Assembly: GCA_963845145.1 (NCBI GenBank)
Contig: CAWJQU010000001.1
Location: 256,001 to 320,000 of the forward strand
DNA from: an uncultured delta proteobacterium
GTDB taxonomy: Bacteria; Desulfobacterota; Desulfobacteria; Desulfobacterales; QNYZ01
Length of the DNA: 64,000 bases
Direction: 5' to 3'
Shown here: positions 52,730 to 64,000 of the stretch, piece by piece
How the letters are laid out: every line of letters begins with the position of its first letter
Position numbering within the stretch: the first letter of the stretch is position 1
Program-made: the position numbers and the translations under genes
The notes under the pieces: generated by a model
Databases searched by the model: none
Told to the model about the DNA's origin: nothing
Seen by the model: the letters and a program-made list of their open reading frames with translations, nothing else

Positions 52730-55700
52730 CTATATTTTGAATAGTTGCAGCGGGGAGTCCCCCAACCGTGCATTGGCCGCTTTTAACGCGTCTTCGCCGG
52801 ATATGATCACCACGGCGTTTTTCCCGGATACTCCGGTAAAATATTTGTCCGCCGCGGCCCGAACGTCTTCACGGGATAGTTTAAGAAGGGCCTGTTTAAA
52901 TGCAAGCCGTTTTTCATCCGTCAGCGCCACCAAAGACCTGAAGAAAGCCTTGCGGGCGCCCGCTCCGGGTGGGTCGGGCTTGTCTATATCGGCGCAAACC
53001 TGCAAAACCGCTTCATTGATATCTTCATCGGTATAATCACCGGATCGAATATAATCGGCCGCCCCTTTGAAAGCCTCCAGTGTGGCGACGATATGGGGGT
53101 CACGATAGGAGGCCATGGCAAAAGTGCCGTTTTCCGAATTATAGGCGGCAAATCCCCCGTAGGCGCCCCCCTTTTCCCGAATTTCCCGATGCAGATACAA
53201 AGAACGCAGCATTCTGGCGATAATGGCCAAAGTCGGTGCATCGGTATGCCCCATTCGAACGGTTTGGAACGTTTTAGCAACAAAAGAAACAGCCGTGGAC
53301 GTATACCAGCCTTCCTGCGGCAAGGTCTCGGGCAAGGCCACTTTAGGAGCATCAAAACCATGCTCATCCTTGTCCGGTAAAAACTGGGAAAGCCACGCCT
53401 CCAAACGATTCGAAGCCGATAAGATCGCCGTTTCTTCGCCGATCAGGGCCGTTTTCATGTTCGCCGCCCGAAACACCGCTTTTTGAATTCGGGATAGTTT
53501 ACCGGCCAGATCCTCCAAATCGCCATCATCTATTTTTTCGGATAATTGTTTGATGGTCTGAAGCTGATGAATACCGCCGAAAGCCTCGTTTAGCCAGGTT
53601 GTGGGGGAATAGACCCGCGAGGCCAGGGAGATGGCCAATTGGTGCCCATTTTGAACGACCATGCTTTCAAGGCCGGCCCGATACTCTAAGAGCAAAAGTT
53701 TTAATCGCTTAACATCCGAGAAATCCCCGTCGACTAGTAGTTCGCCAAAGATATCGAGCATGGCCTCCTGGTTTCGCCCCAGACACTTGCCGCCCACATG
53801 AAGCAGCGGCAAACAGGCACCGGTATCATCAAATCGGGTTCGAGCCTGAACACTCAAACCAACGCCACCGGTATACCGATCTATTCGTCGGGCCATGGCC
53901 ACATAGTCCCTTTTTCGCGTCCCCATCTTGGTCAAGGTATGGCAGAAAAAGGGCAGATACCCGACAAGTTCACTGTCGAGATGGCTGAGTCCCGCAGCGA
54001 TGATATGGTAAAAAATGCCGGATGTCGATTTGATGTAGCTGGCGCTGCTTAGGTCTTTATCAACTTTTGTCGGCTTCACTTGTGCTAAATCGGGTGGGAT
54101 ATCGCTACGCGCCAAGGTCGGCAACACCGAGACATCTTCAATCGTTGCCTGCCTTTCGGCCAGGGCTTTGGTATCACGATTAATTTTGTCTTTATCGACG
54201 TTGGACAGACGGTCGCGCAGAGTGTTAAGGGCGTTCGCTTCCTGTTCGGCCGCGCGCTTGGACATCTCTTTATCAGGCGCCAATACAAATCGAACTCGGT
54301 GAGGATTGTTTAGAAACAGGGCCTTGATTTTGTCTTCAAAAAATGGCCCTTTGGATACCAACCGGCGAATTTCGGCCATGTCTTCGTCAAATCGAAGAAT
54401 CCGTTCGGGATCGCCGCCGTGAAACCAGGTCGATGACAAGCCCAATAACAATTTCAAGCCATAGGGAAAGGGTGTGTTTGATATCTCACGACGATGGAAT
54501 TCGATCTGATGAATGGCCGATTCAATTAAATCAGGCTCAATACCATTTTCAACCAGATCATTCAGGCATTCAGATATGAGGCTTTCAATCCGTTCGGCAT
54601 CATCTTCTTTGACGTCCTTTAAGCCGCAGGCAAAAAAGATATCCCGATTGTCCGTATCCAATCCGGTGCCATCGCTCAACGCCGATCCGATGCCGGACTC
54701 GATCAGCGTTTTTCTGAGGGGAGAGGCCGGATTGCCCAAAAGAATTTGCTCCAGCAAGGTTAACGCAAGCACCTCGAAAGTATCCTGAATATCTGCCGTC
54801 AACCAGGCCATGCACGCCTGGTATTTGCTATGGGCGTCTTCATTTTCCGCCAAAGGGTAGGTGTAAGTGGCCTGCCGGGGGGACGCCCAGCGCGGCTGGC
54901 TGGGAACTTCGGTACCCGGGTCGATTTTTTCGAAGCGTTGTAATATGTGTTCGTCAATAAATGCCAGTTGCTCCACTAAGGGCATATCGCCATAAGTAAA
55001 AAAGAAGGCATTGCTGGGATGGTAGTGCCGACGATGAAATGCCACCAATTGTTCATGGGTCAGTGAAGGAATGTCAGCCGGGTCACCACCCGAGTTGAAA
55101 CGATAGGTGGTATCCGGATAGAGCGCGTTCAAAAGGCTGCGTACCATCACCTGGTCCGGTGAGGACATGGCCCCCTTCATTTCGTTGAAGACGACGCCCT
55201 TGTAGACCAAGTCATCCGTATATTCCGGGTCATCCGTCGGCTGACCCTGTTCCGAAGCCTCAAATTCAACCCGATGCCCCTCCTGCTTAAAACTTAATTC
55301 ATCGATATTGGGAAAAAAGGCCGCATCCAGGTAGACATCCATCAGGTTTTTAAAATCTTTACGATTTTGGGTAGCAAAGGGGTACATGGTCCAGTCCGAC
55401 GCGGTAAACGCATTCATAAATGTGCTGAGACTCCTTTTGAGCATTGAAAAAAAAGGGTCCCGCACGGGGAACCGGCCCGACCCGCATAAGGCGGTATGCT
55501 CCAGGATATGCGCAACCCCGGTGGCGTCCTGGGGCACTGTTTTAAAGGCCACTCCAAATACGTTCTCGGGGTCCGACCGGCTGATGTGAATGTAGCGTGC
55601 GCCTGTCTTTTCATGAATCAGCTCGTAGAAAAACCCATCGATGAGGTCCAGGGCTACTGTGCGTTGAAGCGTAAATCCGGCGTATTGATGGTCGGTTTTA

Positions 55701-55750
55701 AGGTCAGTGTTATTAGGGTCGGACAGGTTAGCGTCGGGGGTGTTTTTCAT
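52730..55750 (-). CDS. M16C (PreP/insulinase-family) metallopeptidase
   Basis: HILEH inverted zinc motif, NAFT, GVVFNEMKG, IREKGGAYG, SYRDP. Confidence 0.93.
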   Translation of the reverse strand: MKNTPDANLSDPNNTDLKTDHQYAGFTLQRTVALDLIDGFFYELIHEKTGARYIHISRSDPENVFGVAFKTVPQDATGVAHILEHTALCGSGRFPVRDPFFSMLKRSLSTFMNAFTASDWTMYPFATQNRKDFKNLMDVYLDAAFFPNIDELSFKQEGHRVEFEASEQGQPTDDPEYTDDLVYKGVVFNEMKGAMSSPDQVMVRSLLNALYPDTTYRFNSGGDPADIPSLTHEQLVAFHRRHYHPSNAFFFTYGDMPLVEQLAFIDEHILQRFEKIDPGTEVPSQPRWASPRQATYTYPLAENEDAHSKYQACMAWLTADIQDTFEVLALTLLEQILLGNPASPLRKTLIESGIGSALSDGTGLDTDNRDIFFACGLKDVKEDDAERIESLISECLNDLVENGIEPDLIESAIHQIEFHRREISNTPFPYGLKLLLGLSSTWFHGGDPERILRFDEDMAEIRRLVSKGPFFEDKIKALFLNNPHRVRFVLAPDKEMSKRAAEQEANALNTLRDRLSNVDKDKINRDTKALAERQATIEDVSVLPTLARSDIPPDLAQVKPTKVDKDLSSASYIKSTSGIFYHIIAAGLSHLDSELVGYLPFFCHTLTKMGTRKRDYVAMARRIDRYTGGVGLSVQARTRFDDTGACLPLLHVGGKCLGRNQEAMLDIFGELLVDGDFSDVKRLKLLLLEYRAGLESMVVQNGHQLAISLASRVYSPTTWLNEAFGGIHQLQTIKQLSEKIDDGDLEDLAGKLSRIQKAVFRAANMKTALIGEETAILSASNRLEAWLSQFLPDKDEHGFDAPKVALPETLPQEGWYTSTAVSFVAKTFQTVRMGHTDAPTLAIIARMLRSLYLHREIREKGGAYGGFAAYNSENGTFAMASYRDPHIVATLEAFKGAADYIRSGDYTDEDINEAVLQVCADIDKPDPPGAGARKAFFRSLVALTDEKRLAFKQALLKLSREDVRAAADKYFTGVSGKNAVVIISGEDALKAANARLGDSPLQLFKI

Positions 55751-55782
55751 AATTTCTTCCTGATAAGTAATTAAAAAAAGAC

Positions 55783-56169
55783 TCAGATCGCAACATAAAT
55801 CCCGCGTCGTTTGCGCGCGATTTTTTCCGTCTTATCCAAGCGGTAAATAATGTTACGAATCTTTTTACTCTCAAAACCGGTAACCGTCTGAATATCCCCA
55901 AATCCGGCACCTTGAGGGTGGCTGCGAATAACATCAAGCACCATCTCCGTCGCGGTAACCACTGACCTTTCAACCGTCCCTCCCCCACTTGCCGCCCCAG
56001 CCTGCGATGGACGCCCGCTAAATGCAGTCCTGGATCGAATCAATTTTTCCAACCGTTCCAGTCGGGCATTCAGTTTATCCACATCCTTGCGCGTCGGGAT
56101 GTTGTAGTGGCGGATGAAGAACTTAACCATTGCGTCAAAGCTAACAGGTTTACTTTTTCGTCTGGCCAT
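55783..56169 (-). CDS. Hypothetical protein, possible C-terminal winged HTH
   Basis: RBS AAGGAGG; NIPTRKDVDKL coiled segment and a C-terminal HTH-like basic region. Confidence 0.6.
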   Translation of the reverse strand: MARRKSKPVSFDAMVKFFIRHYNIPTRKDVDKLNARLERLEKLIRSRTAFSGRPSQAGAASGGGTVERSVVTATEMVLDVIRSHPQGAGFGDIQTVTGFESKKIRNIIYRLDKTEKIARKRRGIYVAI

Positions 56170-56361
56170 GATTCCCTCCTTCGTTGATCGTACCCACAAA
56201 AAATGCCAATATCTCACTATTAGGCATCATCTAAGGGCAAGTCAAGACAATGGTGTTGATTTACTAGGAATATATCCATGGCTATATTCCAACTATTTGA
56301 TTATCCAAAAAAAACGTGTTAAAAGCGAAACCTTTATTTACTTCTACCGAAAGTGGTTGCA

Positions 56362-57228
56362 ATGACTTCTCCCCGAACCTTGCTAAACGGTTGGCAAATC
56401 AATGCTAAAAAGCAATTGGGTCAGCATTTTCTGCGACATGCGAACGTCGCGGAAAAGATCATCACCGGTGCCCGAATTAATCCGATGACATTGTTCTCGA
56501 GATTGGGGCCGGGCTCGGCGCCCTGACGATACCGCTGGCACGGGAAGCGCGCCGAGTATACGCGGTGGAAACCGACCGGCGAATTACCGGCCTGCTGAAA
56601 ACGGAAATAGCTGCGGCGGGGATCTACAATGTCCGCATCATCGAAAAGGATATTTTAAAACTTCGAGATTTCCGATATCGCCGAAGAGGCGGGCGGGCGT
56701 CTGGTCGCCATGGGGAATTTGCCCTACAATATTTCATCCCAGGTATTGATTCGCTTAATCATGGCACGACATTGGATTGACAGAGCAGTACTGATGTTTC
56801 AAAAAGAATTGGCCGACAGGCTGATGGCGCCGCCGGGGACCAAAACGTACGGACGCATAACCGTGATGCTTGCTTATTGCGCCGGTTGTGGATCGGCTCT
56901 GCGACATCCCCGCTGAATCCTTTTATCCCCGACCCAAAGTTGATTCAACGGTCCTCCGGAAATCCTGTTTCGACAAACACCTCACAATAGTCACCCCGCG
57001 ATGAACCTTTGTTTTTCCGGGTTGTTCAAAGCCGGGTTCTCGCAACGGCGAAAAACGCTGAAAAATGCGCTTTCAAACGGAGTTTCAGGAACTACCATCA
57101 CGGAAACCGTCATCCAGGCCCTGACCACCGCCGATATCGACCCGATGCGACGAGCGGAAACACTCACCCCTGAAGAGTTTATTCGGTTGAGTGATTGTAT
57201 GCTATCGGTTAGCCAGTTAGCCCGTTAG
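56362..57228 (+). CDS. rsmA: 16S rRNA dimethyltransferase (several frameshifts)
   Basis: KKQLGQHFL, LEIGAG, GNLPYNISS, MFQKE, F.P.PKVDS, FSQRRKTL, RAETL spread over frames. Confidence 0.85.
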
Positions 57229-57310
57229 CCCGTTAGCCGGTTTGCCGGTAATTCGGGAAGTTGATTCATATTGACGGACGAACCGGCTAACGGGCCAACC
57301 GGCAAACCGT
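57207..57310. repeat. Short 8-mer repeats forming an inverted structure between convergent genes
   Basis: (GTTAGCCS)-type repeats at 57208-57250 and complementary (CCGGCTAA/CCGGCAAA) repeats at 57282-57309. Confidence 0.6.
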
Positions 57311-57312
57311 AA

Positions 57313-58569
57313 CTACAAATCCTCCGCCACACTAACCGTCCGATCGCCAAGCATATTCACGTAACCACCCAACTCGTTGTCATACCAACCATAAACCACC
57401 GCCTGAGTTACCGGTGCGCGGATAACGGTATTTTCCAGGCTACCCAACAGGTCCGAAGAAATACCGGGTATGTTGGCCAGATCAAGGGTCACCTCGGCCG
57501 TACGGGTGTGGGTTTCTTTACCCTCAATAATGGCGGCGGCTTTGGGCATTCCTACGATATCTCCGGAAACGTTTTGTTTTTCAGAAAAATGGAGGTACCC
57601 GTGGCCGTCAACTTTTTCAGCCTGCCGGTAAATGTCATTGATAAGTTCGCGACGAATGGGCGCGCCCTTTGGGTCGTCCTGAAGATTAACCACGAGAATA
57701 ATCAAAGAGCCGGTGGCAATGGGAATCCTGACCGATTCGGCGATAAACCCGATTTGTTCCATTTCGGGAATAACAAGACGAAGCGCGCGCGCAGCCCCCG
57801 TGGAGGTCAGGATAATATTGTTCATAATACTTCGATTTTTACGCAGATCCGTTTTACCGCTTTGGGGAAGTTTATCCAGGACCGCCTGGGAACTGGTGGC
57901 GGCATGTACGGTCGCCATGGATGCCGTCAGGATCCGCTTGGGTCCAAAGGCGTTTAACAAGGGCTTCATCATGTGCGCCAGACAGGTTGTCGTGCAAGAG
58001 GCGTTGGAGATTATTTTATGACGGCGGGGATCGTAAAGGCTGTCGTTTATCCCCATCACAGTGGTTACGGTATCTTCGGGCAGGAGATGATTGTTCTTTA
58101 ATTTAAACGGGGCCGACACGATCACTTTCTCAGCACCGGCATTCAAATGGCCTCGAATCCCCGGCGCGGCATCATCGTCGGAAGCCATGGGGTCGAGGAA
58201 CTGCCCCGTGGTATCGACGACCACCCGCACTTTTTCCTCCCGCCACCCGATATCAACCGGGTTTCGATGGGTTCTTAAATACTTGACCAAAACCCCGTTA
58301 ACGTCCATTGTCCCGGCGTCTTCATTCAGGTTGGCAATCACTGATTTGCCCCCACAACCGTTTAAAAACCAGCTTAACCGACCATAGGTTGAATCTCTTT
58401 CGATATAATGGGCGACATCCTCAAGGGAGGTTCCGGCCTCACGGCCGAGATTAACCACGATCTTTTTAAAAAATCGGCGCTGGATATGGTGCCATAAGGT
58501 TAATTTTCCGATTCGGCCTAACCCGTTTATCCCTAGTGGTAAATTGCCGGGGTTACTTTCAATGTTCAT
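57313..58569 (-). CDS. Glyceraldehyde-3-phosphate dehydrogenase family protein (long variant)
   Basis: GINGLGRIG, DSTYG, SNASCTT, STGAA, WYDNE. Confidence 0.88.
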   Translation of the reverse strand: MNIESNPGNLPLGINGLGRIGKLTLWHHIQRRFFKKIVVNLGREAGTSLEDVAHYIERDSTYGRLSWFLNGCGGKSVIANLNEDAGTMDVNGVLVKYLRTHRNPVDIGWREEKVRVVVDTTGQFLDPMASDDDAAPGIRGHLNAGAEKVIVSAPFKLKNNHLLPEDTVTTVMGINDSLYDPRRHKIISNASCTTTCLAHMMKPLLNAFGPKRILTASMATVHAATSSQAVLDKLPQSGKTDLRKNRSIMNNIILTSTGAARALRLVIPEMEQIGFIAESVRIPIATGSLIILVVNLQDDPKGAPIRRELINDIYRQAEKVDGHGYLHFSEKQNVSGDIVGMPKAAAIIEGKETHTRTAEVTLDLANIPGISSDLLGSLENTVIRAPVTQAVVYGWYDNELGGYVNMLGDRTVSVAEDL

Positions 58570-58590
58570 TTTACAGCTCCTTTATTTCCT

Positions 58591-61500
58591 TCATTTTTTA
58601 TTTCGGGGACGGCTGATATCGTTCTGACGGCCCATGGTATTGGTCAGCTTTTCCGGGTTGGGCTCTTCTTTTATTTGAATACGACCTTGATAGACCGTCC
58701 CCGCCCTGCCGTCGATGGAAATATAATCGCCCGAATCGAGACGGATTTTACCAAATTGACACATTTTTTGATCTTCATCGCACACCAGGCTATCACAACC
58801 GACCACACAGGTTTTATCCAAGCGATGTGCAACCACCGCGGCATGCGAGGTCAGTCCGCCCCGGGCAGTCAAAAGGCCATCGGCCGCATTGACTTCCCGA
58901 ATGTCATCCGGAACCGTGTCGTATCGCAAGAGAATCAAGTCGGTATCCGGCTCTTTCCGGCGCCAGGTTTCGATCTCTTTCAGGTCAAAAACAATCCGGC
59001 CGCTCATAGCGCCGCCGCTTACACCGATACCGTTGCCGATATATATTTTTTGATGGAGATCATCCGCCACAAAAGCAAGGACACGCTTACGCGTTCGTAT
59101 GGCCATGTCTCTGGTTTGAAGCAGATATAATTGATCGGCTGTGGGTCCTTGGAAGGTAAACTCCATCTCCTGCGGACTCCACCCCCTGTGTTCGGTCAGC
59201 TCCACAGCCCAATTTTTCAAAGCCTCATAAATGGCGGGAAAATGGGTTTCGAGAATAATATCCGAATCCCGCATTTCAACATCCTGCTGGGTAATGGAAA
59301 TCGGTAGCGTACTCACCAGCCCGGAAACAACGTCTTCGCCCTGATTACCGATGGTGAAATCGCCCCAGAGCCTTAAGGTATCTCCCGACCAACGGGGATT
59401 GTGGGTGAAGACCACCCCGCTACCCGACTGCCGCGATCGATTTCCATAGACCATGGACTGCACGGTCACCGCGGTGCCCCAATCTTCGGAGATACCCATA
59501 ATTTCCCGATAGGCTCTCGCCCGCTTCGAGTACCACGATTCGAGCACATATTGAATGACCATGAACAGCTGGTCCATGGGGTCTTCGATGGCATCAAGGC
59601 TGAAACCGGCAGTTGCGATACTATCCTTATATTTCAAAGCCAGTTCTTTCATCTGCGCACCGGAAAGATACCGTTTGAGGGGTACGCCGACCTGGGATTT
59701 AACCCCGCGAATGATGGCGTCAAAGTGATCGCGCTCCATTCCCAGAGCCATTCCATAGCATTGCAAAAAACGGCGGTAGTTATCCCAGGCAAACCACGGG
59801 TTATTTGTCCGGTTGGACAAGCCCTCGGCAATCTCTTCATCCATCCCGACATTGAGAAAGGTGTTCATCATTCCCGGTTGGGAGATGGCCGCCCCGCTTC
59901 TGACGGAGAACAATAACGGTCTTTCAGGATCACCAAAGCGCCGGTTTGTCTTTGTTTCCAAGCGGTGAATGTGCTCAATCACCTGCTCGGCGAAATTGCG
60001 TTTAGCCGGCGGATAGGAGTTAATGATCTCCCATCCGCGAAATACTTCCGTGGTGATGATAAAACCGGGCGGCACCTGCATCCCGAACGCTTTTAATTTG
60101 ATAAGGCTGTATCCTTTAGCGCCTAGGTGGATGGCCCCCCGCGCATAGTCTCCTCCTGTTTCAATGTCGGTGATGGCCCGTTGATGGTCGAATAATAAGA
60201 GTTGGTGGACACGATTTTTAGGAAGCTCCTTGTATTGATGGAACAAGGTCCTTAAAATTCGCGTTAAAAAATTGTCCAGGGACTGAAGCCCCAGGGAAGT
60301 GGCCAGCCTGTCTCTGAAAAACTGTTCGGATATCTGTTGCCTCATGGTATCCGGGCCGGTTTGTTGGTCAACGGAAAAACGGTACTTGGGAAGCAGATCC
60401 GCGGAACTGAGTGTGTCAAAAATTTTTTCCAGATTCAGGTCATGCATATTATAGAAGCAATCGCTGAAAATATTTTTTACGGCCTGGCGAAAGCCTTTAA
60501 AAATGTCCAAATACTGGGTAAAGGTAAACCCCCTCTCTTCGAGCGAATGGGAGAGAAACGACAACTGGCGCTCAAACTCTTTAGTTGGAATACCATCTAT
60601 TGTAAGAGCCTGATTAAATAGAACAAATAAATCGTGAATACGGTAGAAGGTCGCCTTGGTTATCAGCGTCAGGTCGATATGATCAATCAGCGATTCGAAG
60701 AGAACGTTAACCATCGATTCAATTCGAAGCATGAGCCCCAGAGCATCGAACTTCAACTCATGATAACGCCCATACATAGATGGAATGTCTACTGTAAAAT
60801 GTCGTTTTTTATAAATATCTTCTTTGATCTCATACTGCTCAGAGGAAAGGATCAACGTCTGCAGGGATTTTCAGATAGTCAAGCAGCCCTCGCAGTTTTT
60901 TAATTTCCTTCTTTTCCGACAAGGCTTTATCGACCTGCTCGAGCCCGGGGAACCCTTCGGACCTGAGGTGTTCAATACGCCGTTCAACGCGCGCACCCCC
61001 CAGATTGTACTTTTGATCGAGCAGTTTATAAAACGATGCCATCAAACTGACGCGCTCAACATCTGATGCGGTCGAATTCGGGAGCTTCGGTCGCCCATTT
61101 CTCAAGCAGCGACGAATCGATTTCGAGAAGGGCTTCCGGAAGATCCAGACCCTTTTTTTTCAGTGCGATCATCCCGTGATGAACGCCATCAATGTAAAGC
61201 CCCGCGGTCTTGATTCGGGCAAATAAATCCGGAGGAAGCAACTCCTCCAGAGAGGTTTTGTCTTGGGTATGCCAAAATTGAATAACGCGTTTAATAAGGA
61301 TCAACGTTCGGTTACTGCTTTCAACATGACTTTGCTTACGCAAAAAATGGACCAGCTCATCCTTGCGATGGGTCATCTCATCCAGCCGGGTCGACACATC
61401 CCTTAATTCCCCCTCGGCGCCGATATCATGAAAAAAGACCGGAAAAAGTCTGACCAATTGCTTCACCAGATTAAACACCGGATTGATATCGCTGTTTAAA

Positions 61501-62852
61501 AGCGCAGTGACATCGCGAAAAAAGAGATCGGTATCCCTGATGAAAGTGCCCGACAATGATAAATGGATAATCAGGCCGGACAAGAGCCGGGCCGACCATT
61601 TCGGATTAAGCTCAATGATGGTCAACCAGGTCCGAATGTTTTGAACATGTGTCGCGTTTGCTTTGATTTGCCAGTCTTCGCCGATACCGCCGAGCTTCGG
61701 GCTCTCAAAACCCAGGGCAATGATATTGTCGATAAAAAAATTGACCAGATCCCGCTCGTCGGTTTTGTGGACGCCTTGTCCCATATTCAAAATACAGCTC
61801 AAAGCCGTAACGGGAAACTGACGATTCCGTGTTTTGAGAATCGTGAAAGTTTCTTTCAGCAGGCGGCGAACATTGCGGGCGGGCTCATAGTTAATCAACC
61901 AGCTTAACGTCCGGTTGATTTCCCTTAGCACCTCTTCGTGGATCGTCGACAACCCCGAAAGGTTCATAATATGAAATAAAAAAAGGACTTTCCAGTGATG
62001 ACCGAAACCCTTTTCTTTACCGGCCGAAAGCAGTTTCTCGGGGACCTGCCGATAGGCATCAACAATTTGCGCATAACCCGGCAAAGCAATAAGTGTCTCA
62101 AGCAGGGACCGATCCATGCGGACACGCGCATGGGTGATTTGGTCTAGTTGCACGACCCATTGGTCGATTCGTTCTTTGGTAATCTCGCTAAACCAGCCCT
62201 TGTTGCAGGAAATGGCCGGCATATTTTCCACTTTTCTTTCAAACCATGCCCGGGGATCATCTTCGGAAAGCCAATAGGCATAGGTTTGACGATAATACCG
62301 AATCGTCAACCGATTGATACTCTCAAAATCGATATCCTTCCCAACCGATAATGACAGAAGTGATTCAGCTAGGCGTTTAATCTGATAATAACTTTTTATA
62401 AAAAGAAAAAAATCATCATCAGGCATCTCGACGATACGATCGAAAGCGGTATTAATCACCGTTTGAAATTTGGGTAGGCTGTCGCCGCTGTCTTTGATGA
62501 TCTTCTGAAGAAAAAGGATTAAGTTATCAACCCCATCGGCTTTGGCTGAGGTATTATCCACCTTTTCAAGGGCTTCAATAAAAACACCGACCAACAAACC
62601 AGTGGCTTCAACGCCTTGGGGGTGATTAATAAATAGATGGAAATAATCGAGCGAATACCCCCTCAATTCCTTGATGATAAATGGCCAATTGCGATAGGGG
62701 TGGGAAAGCTCAATCAAAAAGGTATTAAAACCCTCCATAATACCGTAGTACTGAGACATAACCGATTGAAGCGGCGCATACTTTTCGGCAATGGAAACGT
62801 CAACCCGGTACCGATCAATATTGACTTTTAAGGCATCGGATTCAATGTTCAC
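58591..62852 (-). CDS. Large PEP/pyruvate-binding (PPDK-like) protein, split by two frameshifts
   Basis: LGAKG, VPPGFIITT, SVRSGA…PGMM, WGTAVTVQ.MVYGN, QGEDVVSG, GGLTSHAAVV; contiguous ORFs 62852-61056, 61105-60839, 60855-58591. Confidence 0.85.
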
Positions 62853-62875
62853 GTCATTTCTCCGTGACCGGCCAT

Positions 62876-62920
62876 TCCTGTTTAAGGCCGTCCCTGTTTA
62901 AGGCCATCCCTGTCTAAGGG
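62876..62920 (+). repeat. Three 16-bp tandem repeats upstream of the PPDK-like gene
   Basis: CCTGTTTAAGG / CCTGTTTAAGG / CCTGTCTAAGG with a 16-bp period. Confidence 0.6.
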
Positions 62921-63182
62921 GACGGTGAAGACCAAATCATGAGGGTATAATCAAAAAAGTTGGGCGACTCCCTTTTTCCGATTGTTCATTGTCGGAAGTA
63001 TAGCGTACCGAAGCGACGGCATCAAGCACATCCATTTTTAAGCGGCCGCTTGATGCTACATTTTGCCTGCACCTTATCCCAGGATATATCGTTTCGAAAG
63101 TGCGGGGTCCGTTACCATTTGTTTAATGACGTTAAATGCCCTCCGCAGCATTCATCAGCCCCACATACCATTGAGTTTCATA

Positions 63183-64000
63183 TCAAGTTTGAATACCCAT
63201 TCGCCAAATGACGCCAACAATGGCGCCAATGGGTACCAGATAGTGAATGGCGAGGTGAAATTTTTGAAGAAGAATTAACGCGATAACGGCCACAAAAGAT
63301 GCAAAAAGATCGATTCCACCATCTGGAAAAATAACCTTGACGCCGAACCAAACCGCCAGATTCAGAACAACGCCCACCACCGCGGCGGTAACACCGGTCA
63401 GCGCAGCCTGAAGGCGTTGGTTCCCGGCCATGGCTTCAATAAATGGGGCGCCCGCAAAAATAAAGAAAAAGCAGGGTAAAAATGTCACGTAGGTGGTGAT
63501 CAAAGCGCCGAGAATTCCCGCCGTCAGCGGGCTAAGTCCCTGGGGAATATTCCAGCCACCGAGAAAACCGACATATTGGGTGACCATAATCAGCGGGCCT
63601 GGGGTCGATTCAGCCAACCCCAGACCGATGAGCATCTCTTCCATGGCAAGCCAACCTTTGGCTACCCCCACATCGGCGATATAGGTCAAGACGGCGTATG
63701 CACCGCCGAAGGTAACGAAGGCCGCCTTAGTGAAAAACAGGCCGATCTGGGTGAGCGTGTCGTGGTACCCTCGCCAGATCCATAAGGCCCCCATTACCAC
63801 GCCCCATAAACCCAGACAGGTAAAAAAGACCTTGATCACGTGCCCCCAGGACGGTTTTACCGTGTTTTGAGCGGCAATCGTTTCTTCTGCGTCTATGCGG
63901 CATTCACGGCTCTGGGGATCGAAATCGCCAGTGCAAAAAACACCTGGCAATCGGCGCTGCATGAGCATGCCCCCCAAAGCCGCCATAATAACGATAGCGG
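63183..64000 (-). CDS. chrA: Chromate efflux transporter (5' end outside window)
   Basis: FVTFGGAYAVL, GLAESTPGPLIMV, AAVVGV motifs. Confidence 0.88.
   Translation of the reverse strand, partial: AIVIMAALGGMLMQRRLPGVFCTGDFDPQSRECRIDAEETIAAQNTVKPSWGHVIKVFFTCLGLWGVVMGALWIWRGYHDTLTQIGLFFTKAAFVTFGGAYAVLTYIADVGVAKGWLAMEEMLIGLGLAESTPGPLIMVTQYVGFLGGWNIPQGLSPLTAGILGALITTYVTFLPCFFFIFAGAPFIEAMAGNQRLQAALTGVTAAVVGVVLNLAVWFGVKVIFPDGGIDLFASFVAVIALILLQKFHLAIHYLVPIGAIVGVIWRMGIQT

Overview
This window looks like a deltaproteobacterial, probably Desulfobacterales-type anaerobe (inferred from gene content). From left to right it holds: (1) a selenium-metabolism cluster with a MauE-like gene, a periplasmic rhodanese, a C_GCAxxG_C_C protein, a PstSCAB-like ABC transporter, a selD selenoprotein gene (in-frame UGA) and yedF; (2) a divergent metal-uptake locus (LbtU-like porin versus DUF3842-CooT-DUF4198-ABC transporter-FmdE) whose two 5' leaders share an unannotated two-hairpin element; (3) about 34 kb of accreted island DNA (~14.2-48.5 kb) beside a tRNA-Asn gene, carrying sigma54 modules, gdhA, Hsp20s, clsB, a cyanophycin operon between glgP remnants, desulfoferrodoxin, an oxoacid:ferredoxin oxidoreductase, glycolytic genes, CbpA/M and a dead P4-type integrase; (4) core genes aspS, hisS, an M16 peptidase, rsmA, a GAPDH, a PPDK-like gene and chrA. 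The most unusual structure is at tRNA-Asn. Five ~97-bp tandem tRNA-derived repeats precede the gene. Three copies of a small GIY-YIG gene are present, two fused to degenerate tRNA copies. A 15-bp palindrome (TCCGCCnnnGGCGGA) replaces exactly 10 nt of tRNA sequence at two different positions. Many genes carry single-base frameshifts that are probably sequencing errors.
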